64,000 nucleotides of DNA, taken from NCBI GenBank assembly GCA_963921275.4, contig OZ001293.3, positions 3,328,001 through 3,392,000 of the forward strand, given 5' to 3'. The stretch comes from an uncultured Hormoscilla sp. (GTDB taxonomy: Bacteria; Cyanobacteriota; Cyanobacteriia; Cyanobacteriales; Desertifilaceae). Each line of letters starts with the position of its first letter. Within the stretch, counting starts at the first letter, position 1. The notes under the pieces were generated by a model. It worked only from the letters and a program-made list of their open reading frames with translations, was not told the origin of the DNA and ran no database searches. Shown piece by piece: positions 46,575 to 58,268 of the stretch. Position numbers and translations under genes: made by a program.

Positions 46575-47342
46575 GTGGCAATTCCGTTATTAGACTACGC
46601 CCCCGTGACCATAAATCCTCGGGTAGCTGGGTATGAGATTCCCGGAGAAGAGCAACCCAAAATTTACTCCAGCGAAAACTTGCTGTCGGCAGGTGGAATC
46701 GACGAGTTGATTTGGGCGGCCTATCGCCAGGTGTATAGCGAACATCAGATCCTGAAGCGTAACCGGCAAACATTCTTGGAATCTCAGTTGCGGTTCGGAC
46801 AAATCACAGTGCGGGATTTTATCAAGGGTCTAGTGACTTCCGCTCCGTTCCTGCAGCTGAATTACGAGACGAACAGCAACTACCGGTTTGTGGAAATGTG
46901 CGTTCAGCGGCTGTTAGGTCGTGATATTTACGGGGAACGGGAAAAACTTGCTTGGTCGATCGCGATCGCCACTAAGGGCGTGCAAGGTTTTATAGATGAG
47001 TTGCTCTCTTGCGAGGAGTACATGGCCAATTTTGGTTATGATACAGTCCCCTATCAACGGCGACGGAGTCTGCCCCAACGTGCGCAAGGGGAGACGCCAT
47101 TTAACCTGAAGACGCCTCGTTATGGTCCATACTACCGGTCCATAGCAGGCTTCCCGCAAGTTGTTTGGCAGACTCAGGTGCGCCGTTTTGTTCCACAAGA
47201 GAAGAAGGCCAAGGCAGGGGATCCATCTCTGTTTATGGGTATGGCACGGGCAATTTCTCCCACAGGTAACCCCGGAGGCAGGGTGTCAACTGTCAACATC
47301 AATTACGAGGCAATGGTGCCCTATCGGAGAACCACAGCGTAG
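46575..47342 (+). CDS. cpcG: Phycobilisome rod-core linker CpcG
   Basis: [30 protein letters not shown], hydrophilic C-terminus. Confidence 0.95.
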   Translation: MAIPLLDYAPVTINPRVAGYEIPGEEQPKIYSSENLLSAGGIDELIWAAYRQVYSEHQILKRNRQTFLESQLRFGQITVRDFIKGLVTSAPFLQLNYETNSNYRFVEMCVQRLLGRDIYGEREKLAWSIAIATKGVQGFIDELLSCEEYMANFGYDTVPYQRRRSLPQRAQGETPFNLKTPRYGPYYRSIAGFPQVVWQTQVRRFVPQEKKAKAGDPSLFMGMARAISPTGNPGGRVSTVNINYEAMVPYRRTTA

Positions 47343-48269
47343 GCACAAGACTTCTAAGAGTCTAGTAAAGGCTGCCGGTGGAGGGGCAATCGCCTGTATC
47401 CACTCCCCAGATAGGGGATGCTGCAAGCGCAGTTTCCAAGCGTGGAGTGCTTGACCGGGCAGATTGACACCCACTCCCCGATTCTTGCTGTAAGTGGGGT
47501 CGCCGATTATGGGATGGCCGATATAGGCAGCATGGACGCGAATTTGATGGGTGCGACCGGTTTCTAGTTGGAACTGCATGAGGGTGTAGTTACCCAATCT
47601 TTCATATATTTGCCAGTGGGTAATGGCAGTTCGTCCTCCTTTTTCTAGGGGTACGACTGCCATTTTTTGGCGATCGCCCCGATGACGCCCGATCGGTTGG
47701 TCGATGGTGCCTTCGCTTTCTTTGAGGGCACCGTGGACTACTCCCAGGTATTCTCGTCGGGCCGTCTTGGCCTTCAGTTGCCCTTGCAGATGTTGCAGGG
47801 CGATGTCGGTTTTGGCGATCGCGATCGCCCCTGTGGTATCTTTATCCAGTCGGTGGACTATTCCCGGTCGCATTTCCCCACCTATGCCCGCTAAGTCGGG
47901 AAAGCGAGCTAAAATTGCATTTACCAAGGTGCCTGTTTCGTGACCTGGTGCCGGGTGGACCACTAAGTTAGCCGGTTTGTTGACTATTAGCAAGCTTTCA
48001 TCTTCGTAGAGAATATCTAAAGGGATGTTTTCCGGTTCTAGTTCTGTCCGTTGCACCGGAGGGATCCTCAGAGTCAGGCGATCGCCCCTTTGCACGATCG
48101 TCTTTTTGGCAGTGCAGACCTTGCCATTTACTTGCACATTGCCTTGTTCTATCAGCTTTTGGATCCGAGAACGGGATAGGTCTGGCAGTTCCTGGGGCAG
48201 GTGGCGATCGAGGCGTTCATTAGTTGCTTTAACTTCTAGGTTAATTATACTTGATTGTTGATTGTTCAT
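47286..48269 (-). CDS. rluD: RluA/RluD family pseudouridine synthase
   Basis: S4 domain [30 protein letters not shown]. Confidence 0.92.
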   Translation of the reverse strand: MNNQQSSIINLEVKATNERLDRHLPQELPDLSRSRIQKLIEQGNVQVNGKVCTAKKTIVQRGDRLTLRIPPVQRTELEPENIPLDILYEDESLLIVNKPANLVVHPAPGHETGTLVNAILARFPDLAGIGGEMRPGIVHRLDKDTTGAIAIAKTDIALQHLQGQLKAKTARREYLGVVHGALKESEGTIDQPIGRHRGDRQKMAVVPLEKGGRTAITHWQIYERLGNYTLMQFQLETGRTHQIRVHAAYIGHPIIGDPTYSKNRGVGVNLPGQALHAWKLRLQHPLSGEWIQAIAPPPAAFTRLLEVLCLRCGSPIGHHCLVIDVDS

Positions 48270-48277
48270 CGGCAACT

Positions 48278-48793
48278 CTATCCTACAGTATTCCAATCGC
48301 AACCGCCTACTAATTTACTCAGTTCTTCATTGATTGCACTCCCCAAGCTATCTGCTGAATGTGCGTAAGTCAAAGAGAGGAATTGATTTGCTGTCCTCAA
48401 TATCTCTGCCTTGTCTGCCAATTCCAGCAGTTGCACTGGTTTATATTCACCGTTCCCCACTTCTAAGCTAGCTTGATAAATTGCTGCATCAAAACCTAGT
48501 TCTAGCAACTCTTTCCATTCATCTGCCTTCATGTAATGGGATTTATTATTGTCCATCAGATTCAAATCTTGAATTTCTATAATTGAATTTCGGATCGACA
48601 CGGCCCAGGAATTCGTCAATCGTTGTTCAACTTGGTTCTTGATTAAGTGAATCAGCATCCTAATCAGATAACTTCTTATATTTCGCAATGTTGATTTTTT
48701 ACTCATACCTTCCATTTCATCTACGATCGCCAAGGCATCGTCATACCGCCCTGACAGGATGCTAGTTCTCAGGTCGATCAGTTCTTGTGTCAT
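48278..48793 (-). CDS. DUF29 family protein
   Basis: EMEGMSK..LLIHLIK..SW..SI pattern. Confidence 0.85.
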   Translation of the reverse strand: MTQELIDLRTSILSGRYDDALAIVDEMEGMSKKSTLRNIRSYLIRMLIHLIKNQVEQRLTNSWAVSIRNSIIEIQDLNLMDNNKSHYMKADEWKELLELGFDAAIYQASLEVGNGEYKPVQLLELADKAEILRTANQFLSLTYAHSADSLGSAINEELSKLVGGCDWNTVG

Positions 48794-48976
48794 GGTACTT
48801 TTAGGATATCCTCGCAAGGTTGTATTTATTATAGCATCTGCAGCGGGCGAACGGAGGGGAAAGACTTTAGTCTTTACTATGAACGGGGGGGAAAGACTTT
48901 AGTCTTTACTACGAACGACAGTACGAACGGCCTAATTTCCAATCTTCTCCACCTGGCAGTTTACTCACTTCCTCCA

Positions 48977-49177
48977 TCATGACATTGCGTATTGTTTGCG
49001 CTGAATGTTCGTAGAATTTAGTAGTTGAGTCGCTTCATTAACTACTGCTGTCCTATCTACCATCTCTTCGAGTTTGAGTGGCGTTACTCGCCCATCCGAA
49101 ACTTCCTCACTCGCCACGGCAATGGCATCATTAAAAGCCATTTCTAAGTATTCATCCCATTCATTAACTCTAAACAC
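48977..49177 (-). pseudogene. DUF29 3' fragment
   Basis: EWDEYLEMAFNDAI..ASEEV..G resembles C-half of 48278-48793. Confidence 0.6.
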
Positions 49178-49658
49178 TCATCAAAGTCATCCCCTTCCCA
49201 ATACTTCTCGGTTAAGCATATAGGTTGTCATTGCGAGGGGAGGTACGTAGCGATTAACTTATGCGTTCATGTTCGTTAACCCCCCTCCGAAGCAATCCCC
49301 CCGCCCCGTATGAGAGGAAGAGCGCTGTCGGAGGTGAGATTGCTTCGGGAGGGATCCTGGCAGGGATCGGAAGAATGCTCGTGATTGAGCCCCCCCTCGC
49401 TCCGGACAAGTTATTAACCGAGAAGTATTGATCCCCTTCCCATTTACCAATGCGTTCCAGTGTTTTGAGGATTGATGCCCCCGTAGAGGGGGTCTGTTTT
49501 GCCATTAATGAGTCAGAATAACGAGACTTGAAAAAGAGAACAAACTCTAAAGCGCTCTCCAAAATTTCATCCGATGCTTGTTCAATTTCTTGACGGATTT
49601 GTTCTCGAACATTGCTGGTTGTAGATATAGGGTTTGTAATGATTTCTTGGGTTTGCAT
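49144..49658 (-). pseudogene. Small antitoxin-like gene interrupted by a MITE
   Basis: Removing the MITE and one target copy gives ...IGKWEGDDFDECLEL. Confidence 0.7.
49199..49430. mobile_element. MITE with CAATACTTCTCGGTTAA terminal inverted repeats
   Basis: Perfect 17-bp TIR; ATCCCCTTCC duplicated at 49189-49198 and 49431-49440. Confidence 0.93.
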
Positions 49659-50081
49659 AAATTGTTCCTCTATTAAGCGATTTGTTTACTGGGACGCGAT
49701 CGCCATATCCAACTAAGCTTTGGCATCCAGAGCCGAGTCAATTCTTAGCTTAACGCATCGGAGTACCTGCTGTCAATAGATTCTTTGTTGACAAATAGTG
49801 ACAACCGCTTTTTTATAGCCGAAGATAGCGCGCAGGTGACTGAAAAGCTGTTGACGCCGATCTTCTAAATTACTGTGGGTGGCGCACAGGTGCATGATGC
49901 GAATATTGTGACAACTATGCTGGTTATTCAATTGGTGAGTTGCTGACAAATAATTTTATAATTTTAACATCTTTTCCGAGTTAATTACTGTTGTTACACT
50001 GGTAGGCTAATCAGTTAATTAAAAATGCGATTGCTATTGATATAGCAAATTAAAAATGCGATCGCTTTTAATAAATTCTGA

Positions 50082-50480
50082 TTATGGCCGCCACACAATT
50101 TGAGACAAACTAGCCAATGAATCAGCAAGTCTATCTGCGGTGGTACGGTCATCTTCACGATAGGGAAGACCCACAATTTGACCGTGAGATTGGGAATCAA
50201 GCACTACGTCTAAACCCAATTCACGAATAGAACCTACCTGAATACTAACTACTCCATAACAATTCCTAAACCTATCAGCACATTCAGATGGAGTGCAGAC
50301 ACTAGCAATTCTTACAGAAAGCCCCATCTCGTTTTTCTTCTTACGTAAATAGTAAGCATTAAGACTCACATTTCCTGTATTTTAATCTATCCACTGCTTG
50401 CGAAGTAATGCGCGATAGACAATAGCACGATATGGTAATAGTTCAAAGTCTGTTGCATTACTATAATATTGTTCTGTCAT
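50082..50480 (-). pseudogene. Hypothetical gene with in-frame TAA at 50382-50384
   Basis: ATG overlaps stop of upstream gene (ATGA); frame continues into the 50082-50369 ORF. Confidence 0.6.
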
Positions 50481-50854
50481 GCTTCATTAAACCACTTTAA
50501 CCAATTAATTAAAGTTGACACGGAAACGAGATCGACTACACCATAATTATCCCTTGTTGAATAATAAATGTCAACTGGCTGCTCCGAATTATCGGGACAG
50601 AATAAGCAGACTTTACGCTCTGATTCTCTGCTACTCCAAGTTAGTCTAATTCCTCCTTCATCGTCTGTACAAGCGGAGGCTTGGGGAAACTCAATTTCCA
50701 TCACTTTATACGCCTCTAATACTAGCTTCATTGCTGTCTTAAATGCGTATTCTGTCGGCTTCAATATCCCATAATCATCCTCTTCTTCTAACTCTAAAAG
50801 TTCCAGAAGACGTTCGATAGTAACTGTAAAGGCTTTATCCACAACTACCGTCAT
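50477..50854 (-). CDS. Hypothetical acidic protein
   Basis: 125-aa ORF, DDEGGIRLTW motif, coupled to neighbours. Confidence 0.6.
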   Translation of the reverse strand: MTVVVDKAFTVTIERLLELLELEEEDDYGILKPTEYAFKTAMKLVLEAYKVMEIEFPQASACTDDEGGIRLTWSSRESERKVCLFCPDNSEQPVDIYYSTRDNYGVVDLVSVSTLINWLKWFNEA

Positions 50855-51741
50855 AACAATTCCTCAACTCGACTTTTTATACTCTCGTTCCGCTTTTCCC
50901 TGTTCTAAAGCTGACTGTAACGACTTAACATCGGCATGTACTTCCTCGGCTGATAATAACTCGGCATTGGGTTCTGGTACTGTCTTTTTCATATTTCACC
51001 TCTCGTAATTTTCTGCTGATGTCTCAATTACTCGATCGCTCTAGTAAGTGCCTTAATCGTAAATATTGTCACGGCTGAGGGCGGCATCAGGAAGCCCTGG
51101 GGAAGTTTCATTCTGTTGGCTTTGCTTGCCAGTGTTTTACTCTTTCAGAAGAGTGTGGTTCTTTGCCAAAGGGCTGTAGATGTTTCTGGACGTAAGACGA
51201 TCGCCTCAGAGGTTACTTCCACGACATAGCGACGGTTAGGGGGGATGCTGCCCAGCATTGCTGCTGGTATATTCAAACCGCCTTGCGGGTTAACTTGCAG
51301 AATATTACTCACGGCAATTTCAAGCTGAATCACAATTGTTCGAGTTTCACTTCACTCTATCTTATCATAGATGATAGCGACGCTAATTTCTAGAGGTAAA
51401 TTAAATGGCCGATCGCGCCTGAAAGACTTACTGTTGGACACCGGTAGGGCGATCGGCTTGTGACCGTCCGCTGAGCCTCAACTGCTCGTTCCCAGCCAGG
51501 GCCCACCGAACGAGAAAATCACCGACGCGATCTCCATCTCTAACTAAGCTGTGACCGGCATCCAGAGCCCAGTCAATTCTTAGCTTAACCCATTGCAAGT
51601 GCCTGCTGTCAATAGCTCCTTTGTTGACAAATATTGACGGACAACAGCTACCTGTAAACTTAGAATATCTTGATGTATGGCTGCGCCACGCTGCGCGAAC
51701 GGAAATTGAACTCTTTGCCTACCCTCAATACATAGTAATAC

Positions 51742-51984
51742 CTAAGAAAATAATTTGGTGAGGCATTCATCGTGGGTTAAATTAAAGTGGTTCTCAACAT
51801 CACACATAATTGCACTAAGAGTCCCAATCTTAATTGGATTATGGTTAGGAATAGTAATGTGATGTTCGCCATTTTCCTGAGTCGTTAATCCCATATGGCT
51901 CGCCGTTTGGCGCTCGACAACATATCCCAATTTACTTAAAGCCTTAACCAGTGCTTCACCAGATATATCTCTAGGCAACTTCAT
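51742..51984 (-). CDS. HicA family toxin
   Basis: LVKAL.KLGY..RQTASH..ITIPNH..IGTL. Confidence 0.88.
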   Translation of the reverse strand: MKLPRDISGEALVKALSKLGYVVERQTASHMGLTTQENGEHHITIPNHNPIKIGTLSAIMCDVENHFNLTHDECLTKLFS

Positions 51985-52205
51985 GAAGCAATCACCTCAT
52001 CACGAACAATATGCAGACAAATTAGTTGAGGAAGATTTTGCTCATCGGGATAATGGCAATGAACAGCATCTTTAATCATTTCTCGCAGTTCTTGCAGGCT
52101 ATCGGCTTGAGTGAAAATAGATTCCCCGATCGCTTTAGCAATATAACCGTCTTCCGGATCCTCTGACACCAAGAAAATAATTTCTTTTATCTTATTTTCA
52201 CCCAT
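51981..52205 (-). CDS. HicB-like antitoxin
   Basis: EDPEDGYIA..IFTQADSLQELREMIKDAV; ATGA overlap with hicA. Confidence 0.85.
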   Translation of the reverse strand: MGENKIKEIIFLVSEDPEDGYIAKAIGESIFTQADSLQELREMIKDAVHCHYPDEQNLPQLICLHIVRDEVIAS

Positions 52206-52547
52206 ATTTATCCATTTCCTCCTGGTTGTTTTCCTTTTCACAAATACTCCCCATCGGGTAACTTAAAGGTTTTCGAGTCAATTTTTCTCTCCTTACTAGC
52301 CCATCAAACCTGGGGTTATCCAGATAGCCACGAATGGCTGCGCCACGCTGCACGAACGGCGATCGCTGCTATAATAGCACCAAGCGATCGATCTGTTTAC
52401 CGGGACGCGGTCTCCGTATCTCACTAAGCTTCGGCATCCAGAGCCCAGTCAATTCTTAGTTTAACGCATCGGAGTGCCTGCGAAAGAGTGCTCCTTTTTC
52501 AATCCAGCCTACTATGCGACTCGTTCACACGTTCACACTACAAAAAT

Positions 52548-53498
52548 TCACGATCGAGCTGTAAAGCCATTCTCCATACGGTTAGTCATGATAATACCGA
52601 AGACGATCAGTAACATACTGAAGATATGCACCAAGGTAATTGCCTCACCTAGAAGAAGCCATGCAGCAATGCCACTGAAGATCGGAATTAGGTAATAGAT
52701 GAAGGCTGTGCGGGAAGGACCGATTAAAGTAATCGCCTTATTCCACGCAAGAAATGCCACTACCGATGATAGAACCCCAATGTATAGTAACGCAAGTATT
52801 AGTGAAGGATTGAAGACAACATGATGATAAATCCAACATTCCAGTGCATAGAAAAATATCAAGAACAACAGTCCTAAGCTAAAAGTAGATAGAGTGAAGG
52901 TTCTCATTCCCATGGTGGGTGGCTTGCGCTTAACGAGCATGGTATAGCCAGCAAAGATTATGGCTGCCAACAACATATATAGATCGCCAATTGTAAAGGA
53001 AATACTCAGTAGCTTATCTAACGATCCTTTTGTAAGCAACAGAACAACACCAATTACCGTAACTAAGATACCTTTAGTACGGTTTAAAGAAATCATCTCA
53101 CCATAAAATATGCGTGACATAAGTACAACAAAAATGGGAGAATAAGAGGCAATCAAGGCTAAATTTATTGCCTGTGTTGTATGACCTGCAATGTATATCA
53201 AGGTGTTAAAAATTGTCACGCCTGACAACGCCGATACAATCAAGTAGCGGAAATTTTTTTGAACTAATTTCCAGTCTGCGACTGTCACTCTCACAGCAAA
53301 TGGTGTCAAGGTTATCACAGCAATTGCCCATCGCCAAAATGCTAGACCGATCGGGAGAATATTATCGTGAAAAGCCCTGGCAATGATAAAATTGCCTGCC
53401 CATATGATGGTAGCAACTACTGCAAAAAAATACCCCATTATCACTGGCTGTGCTTGACTCAATATTTCTCTATTCCTGTTCATTATATTTTGCTCCAT
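52548..53498 (-). CDS. DMT/EamA family transporter
   Basis: IWAGNFI..R, about 10 TM helices, IGPSRTAFIYYLIP. Confidence 0.9.
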   Translation of the reverse strand: MEQNIMNRNREILSQAQPVIMGYFFAVVATIIWAGNFIIARAFHDNILPIGLAFWRWAIAVITLTPFAVRVTVADWKLVQKNFRYLIVSALSGVTIFNTLIYIAGHTTQAINLALIASYSPIFVVLMSRIFYGEMISLNRTKGILVTVIGVVLLLTKGSLDKLLSISFTIGDLYMLLAAIIFAGYTMLVKRKPPTMGMRTFTLSTFSLGLLFLIFFYALECWIYHHVVFNPSLILALLYIGVLSSVVAFLAWNKAITLIGPSRTAFIYYLIPIFSGIAAWLLLGEAITLVHIFSMLLIVFGIIMTNRMENGFTARS

Positions 53499-53815
53499 TA
53501 TTCTCCACGATCTTGCTGAATAAAATTTACAACCCATTTCGCGATTAGTTGAGCATCAAGGTTGTCATCCAGTGAACGTAAGCCAGCCGAGAGCACCCCT
53601 TCTTCTATGACGTCTTTTCGACGCCGCATTAGTGCTTGTGTATAGGTCTTTTTATGCTCTGGATGCCCCTGGAAAGTCAAGACAGACCGACCATATGTGA
53701 CGGCACTATAAGGGCAAAAGGGACTACCTGCGATCGCTGTCGCATTCTTTGGCAATTCCACCACCTGATCTTGGTGAATCACCAGCAGTTTGAAAGTCTG
53801 AACAATTGGCACCAT
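53498..53815 (-). pseudogene. Class I glutamine amidotransferase 3' fragment
   Basis: HQDQVVELP and FQGHPE motifs; N-half with catalytic Cys missing. Confidence 0.8.
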
Positions 53816-53857
53816 CCAAGGTTCCGTATGTATTTATTATCGGCAGGCGAGATTTCG

Positions 53858-54801
53858 TCAAGTTATCTTCTCTCCCTCTCGATTGGCCGGATAGCGCCAC
53901 ACAAATTTATTCGTATCGAAGCGCACTTGGCTCCACGCTTTCCTGACTCCGACTTCATGTATCGGATCGCTAACGATATAGGGGTGAAATTCCCCCACCC
54001 CCACCGGATCGTGATGGTAGAACCGCCCGAACGGGTCCACCATCACCTAACTGTGAGTCATTTCGTCGTTGTTTTCGGGACGCATGATGTCCAAGCTTTC
54101 GTGCCGCGAGACGAAGTCCTTGAACTCCTCGTCCTTGATGATGAACGGCTGCTGCTTGGCAGCAATTTCTTCCGTATCCGCGATGGGCAGCATCTGGAAA
54201 ACTTCCAGCGGTCAGGAGCAATTTTATCGAGCATGGAATGAAAGTTCTCCTGCCAATTGTAGGTGCAGACGACCGTGTTAAGTTTACACTCAATGTTCGG
54301 GTTGACCTCCCGCGCCAAGCGGAATATGGCCGCTACTCTTTCAACGCTGATTTGCTTCGAGGCGTCGCGTTTGCGGGAACGACCGATTTTCTGGTTGGTC
54401 TCTGGATCCGCAGAATCCATACTGATCCCAAGGATCTTCATACGAGGGGCGAGTTGCCGCACAATCTCGTCTGTCAGCAGATACCCGTTGGTGATGATGG
54501 ACAACGTGAATCTCAGCTGCTCAGCCTCGCTCATAACCATCGGCAATTCGCCGTTTTTGTAGAGTAACATCGGCTCGCCCCCGGCGAAGTTCAACCGAGG
54601 GGGGCCCACCCATTCCCCCGGCACGAGGGAGGGCATGTGGGACAATTCGTCCAGAATGCGACTCGTCAATTCTGGGCTTCTCCACGCTTCGGGTCGGCGC
54701 ATCTGCGGCCAATGGGCGTAGCAGTATCCGCATCCGAAGTTGCAGCTCTCCAAAATGTGCCAGTTAATAACTAGCTGGTTTTTGTTAATTTTGGGGTTCA
54801 T
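53858..54801 (-). pseudogene. Prokaryotic viperin (antiviral radical SAM) with one frameshift and one nonsense codon
   Basis: VINWHILESCNFGCGYCY, RLNFAGGEP, IITNG, GISMDS, KLNTVV, RWK; frameshift about 54200; ENNDEM..S*VMVDPFGRFY with TAG at 54047-54049. Confidence 0.88.
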
Positions 54802-55468
54802 CTATGTCTCCTCGCCGGGCTGTTGTCAAAATGAAGTTATACCGTTTTGGAAAAACAATGCTACAATTAGTTGCACATTATATTTAATTGTTGTTTTAAC
54901 CGACATTCGAGTTAATCGGTGGGGGTTAAAACCCTCCTGCTGGCTGAACTTATATTAGCAAAACCCTATATCTGCTAATAAGAAGGGATTTTTTCCTGTC
55001 TATTCGCTTAATTATTCCTTATGGAGGATTCTCTCTAACCATATTAGCTCAAAAAACCCCAGAAGATATCCCGATCACGTAAACTTTTGCAACAAAATAT
55101 TTTAAAATTTAAGCAAAGGATCAGCGTGCAGCTCCGTAACCCCCGTAGTAGCATCGCCCGCGCTCATAAATCATCGGTAGCGACAGAAATAATATTAGAG
55201 GTGGAGGGTATTCCAGGTTCTCTTCCCTCCCCAGAAAACCTGTTACTACCGGTCCGACGACAAGGATCGCCGGAGCATATCTATTGTCTCGTTCCCACTG
55301 GCAATCGCTGGGAACGGGTGCTAGAGGCTTTGCCTCGCGGTGATATCAGCAAGACCGCCAGGGCCCCTCGGCTTGTACCAGAGGCAGAGCCTCAAGGGAT
55401 TCGCCAAAAGCGGTGGATGCGTTACAATATCAGGAAAGCGACTAGCGTACTAGCAAGGTGGCCCAATC

Positions 55469-55705
55469 ATGAATACACAATTCGCACAGTTGTTAGAACT
55501 GGGAGTTACAGAGAAATTGCAATTGGTTGAGGACTTGTGGGACAATATTGCTGCAACCCCAGAACAAGTTCCTGTAACGGATTGGCAAAAAGCAGCGCTC
55601 GCTAAACGTAAAGCTAACTATTTGCAAAATCCGATTTTTCCGAAACGGTGCGCTGGTCGTTCTTGGGAAGAAGTCAAGCACTACGTCCGTCATCGCCATA
55701 ATTGA
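55469..55705 (+). CDS. Addiction module antidote protein; cognate ParE-like toxin start (about 55698-55748) cut off by a repeat element at about 55749-55912
   Basis: EKLQLVEDLWDNI..WQKA.L..R..SWEEVK; following LIILPEAELDI. Confidence 0.8.
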   Translation: MNTQFAQLLELGVTEKLQLVEDLWDNIAATPEQVPVTDWQKAALAKRKANYLQNPIFPKRCAGRSWEEVKHYVRHRHN

Positions 55706-56005
55706 GGAACTTATTATTCTGCCGGAAGCAGAGTTAGACATTGTTGAGGGAGCATCTCACTTTTGCATTTTGGCATTAAACCCTGCTAATTGCGAATGGA
55801 GAATGGAGAATGGAGAATGGAGAATGGAAAATAGCCCCATTTTCAATTTTCAATTTTCAATTAACAATTGCTCAATTCTCGATTCTCAATTTGCCAAACA
55901 CCAGATGTACCCTAATTAATCTCGCGACCGTTGGGTCGAACGCAGACTGAACCCAACAGCACCATTGTCAGATTATGAGATTTTAATTTTGGGAGTTCCC
56001 CCCCT

Positions 56006-56278
56006 ATGGAAATATATACTTTTGCAGACTTTAAAAAGAGACAGGAAGAAGTGTTTAATCAAGCAGCAAAAAGCCCTGTTTTCTTAACAGAGCGATCGTC
56101 GCGCCCCAGCCATGTCATCATGTCGGCTGAAACCTATCAACAACTAATCGAACAATTGGCAGAATTAGAAGATGCTATCTGGGGGAAAGCGGCAGAAGCT
56201 GCCCTAACTAATTCCCAAATGGTAGGAGCAGATAAGTTCGCAGAAACCCTAAAAAAATTAGCAAATGGCGAAGCTTGA
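56006..56278 (+). CDS. Phd/YefM antitoxin
   Basis: VFNQA..PVFLT...PSHVIMSAETYQQL. Confidence 0.85.
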   Translation: MEIYTFADFKKRQEEVFNQAAKSPVFLTERSSRPSHVIMSAETYQQLIEQLAELEDAIWGKAAEAALTNSQMVGADKFAETLKKLANGEA

Positions 56279-56546
56279 CGGTCTAGAAATAGTTCTCGAT
56301 TTTCTTCAGGGATTACAACCTAAAATTGTTGCTCAAATTGCTAAAAAAATATTGGCATTAAATATGGAGCCTTTGCCTGCTGATAGCAAAAAACTAGCAG
56401 GTTATTCTAATTTGTACCGAGTCAGTATTGGGGAATATCGAATTGTTTATCGATTTCTGGTTGATGAGGATCTAGTAGAGGTGATTTTAGTTGGCAAGCG
56501 CAATGATGACGAGGTTTATAAACAACTGAAGCGGATGCTGGAATAA
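56265..56546 (+). CDS. RelE/ParE toxin
   Basis: KKLAGY..YRVSIGEYRIVY..VGKRNDDEVY. Confidence 0.9.
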   Translation: MAKLDGLEIVLDFLQGLQPKIVAQIAKKILALNMEPLPADSKKLAGYSNLYRVSIGEYRIVYRFLVDEDLVEVILVGKRNDDEVYKQLKRMLE

Positions 56547-56711
56547 TATATTGGTAATTCAAAAATCAGGCTTTTCAGAGTTCTCCGGTTGGGTCCATCT
56601 CATTTGGGTGCATCTGGTGTTTTGTTTCTTGAGCAATTGAAAATTGAAAATCGAAAATTGCTCCATTTTTGATTCTCTATTCGCAATTAGCCTTTTACCA
56701 TTCGCAATTAC

Positions 56712-57611
56712 TCATACAAAAGTGATGCTCCCATTATCCAACCAAGCCAATAAATCCGATGTCGTAGTAAAATCCAAAATTGCTTCGCCCAAACTCTCCA
56801 CTTGTTCCAGAGATAACTGGCGGATGCGCATTTCAAGTTGCGCGTCCACAAGACCAATTATACGCCCCAGTTGACGAATAATTAAATTCTGTTGTCCGTG
56901 CAACAAACCTCCTCTCTTGAAATTTTTTTGGTCTTCAATAAACATCTCTCGTTTTTCTAAATCTTCTAACTCCTCTCGCTTCAAATTGGCTTGATTTGCA
57001 ATCGCAAAAGCCTTCTGAATTTCCGACACTTCTCCCATAGTTTCTGGCACCATTTCCAAACTCACCGCATGTTTCATAAAATATATCCATTTATCTGTCA
57101 AGCTTGACAACTGGGACAAGTTTTTCTTAAAATTTGGCAATTCCACGAATACCAATTCTATGTGGTTCTTGGGAAAATCTAATTCCCGCGTTTGTTCTTT
57201 GAAGACAAACTTAGAAATTACCATGTCTTGCTGTGGAAACAATACAAAATCTGTCAAAGTGAGAGCGATCAGAGGCTTCAAAAAACTGTATCCTTCTCCT
57301 TTTCCCAGTTGGTTTGAATAAGCTTTAGCAGCATTATACAAAACTAGTTGTTCAAAGTCGGCAACATGCCAGACTTGCATCTCCACAATTACCATTGTGC
57401 CATCTTTGAGCGTCGCCCTCACATCTAAGTAGCTATCCTTGAGAACGGCAAGCTTACCAGGAGAAGAGGGGTTGATGATTTCTAAATCTTCGATAGTTGC
57501 TTTCCCTTGATACAGTAAGGCATTGAGGAAGCTAATTAGGATATCCTTACTATCCGATGAACCAAAGATTTTTTTGAAGGCAAAATCAGTTTTGGGGTTG
57601 ATGAAATCCAT
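56712..57611 (-). CDS. Rpn-family PD-(D/E)XK nuclease/putative transposase with DUF4351-like tail
   Basis: PKTDFAFKKIFG, LDV, VEMQ, FVELP.F, LSLEQVESLGEAILDF. Confidence 0.92.
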   Translation of the reverse strand: MDFINPKTDFAFKKIFGSSDSKDILISFLNALLYQGKATIEDLEIINPSSPGKLAVLKDSYLDVRATLKDGTMVIVEMQVWHVADFEQLVLYNAAKAYSNQLGKGEGYSFLKPLIALTLTDFVLFPQQDMVISKFVFKEQTRELDFPKNHIELVFVELPNFKKNLSQLSSLTDKWIYFMKHAVSLEMVPETMGEVSEIQKAFAIANQANLKREELEDLEKREMFIEDQKNFKRGGLLHGQQNLIIRQLGRIIGLVDAQLEMRIRQLSLEQVESLGEAILDFTTTSDLLAWLDNGSITFV

Positions 57612-57702
57612 AGTTTTTTCTCCGATTTTAGCAAGAGGATAGGAAGCAAGACCCTACTCCGCAACTCTGAGGACAAGCAATTCAAAATTATTTCTTCAAA
57701 AT

Positions 57703-58179
57703 TCAAAGATGTGACTTGATCGCTCGATAGAGAGAATGAATAAAACGTATGATTGAGAATATAACAACATCCACAACCAAAATTATTTCTAGTAATAGAA
57801 GCCAACCAAAATGCCACAATAGAGGCTCTGGTGGTCGAGTCCCACTCATCAAAGCTGAAAGGATAGTCCAGAAGAAGTTCAAGATCGATAACATAGTGAC
57901 TCGGAGTATGCGATGTCCTCCTTTCAATGCACGCAATACCCGATAGACGAACATCAGCTCTAGTCCCATAATAGTTAACAAAATTACGACTAGAGCAAAA
58001 TTAGGAGGCTCATAACTACTAGGAATAAATCCAGTCGGTGGGTGGGTAACTTCATAGCAATAGTCATAAATCATAAGGAAACTGACAAATAACCACCCCG
58101 AAAAGACACCGTAGATTTGTAAATTTGATCCTATATTTCTCGCGATCGTGATAATAGCCTTAAAATTCATGTTCTTCAT
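57703..58179 (-). CDS. Four-TM membrane protein (possible immunity protein)
   Basis: Hydrophobic segments; directly downstream of lysozyme-like gene. Confidence 0.6.
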   Translation of the reverse strand: MKNMNFKAIITIARNIGSNLQIYGVFSGWLFVSFLMIYDYCYEVTHPPTGFIPSSYEPPNFALVVILLTIMGLELMFVYRVLRALKGGHRILRVTMLSILNFFWTILSALMSGTRPPEPLLWHFGWLLLLEIILVVDVVIFSIIRFIHSLYRAIKSHL

Positions 58180-58268
58180 TTTCGAGGGAACAAAACTACA
58201 GTGTTCGCTCTCCTGCTAACAGGATGCACGTAGTAAGAACTGTACTTTTTGTCGAGTATACTGGTTAA

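Noticed and set aside
47286..47342. 57-bp convergent overlap of cpcG and rluD
   Set aside because: Most simply a stop-codon loss extending rluD; no evidence of function
55087..55530. 147-aa ORF (also 59242-59853 and 60145-60507)
   Set aside because: Runs through the non-coding platform repeat; frame is not conserved between copies
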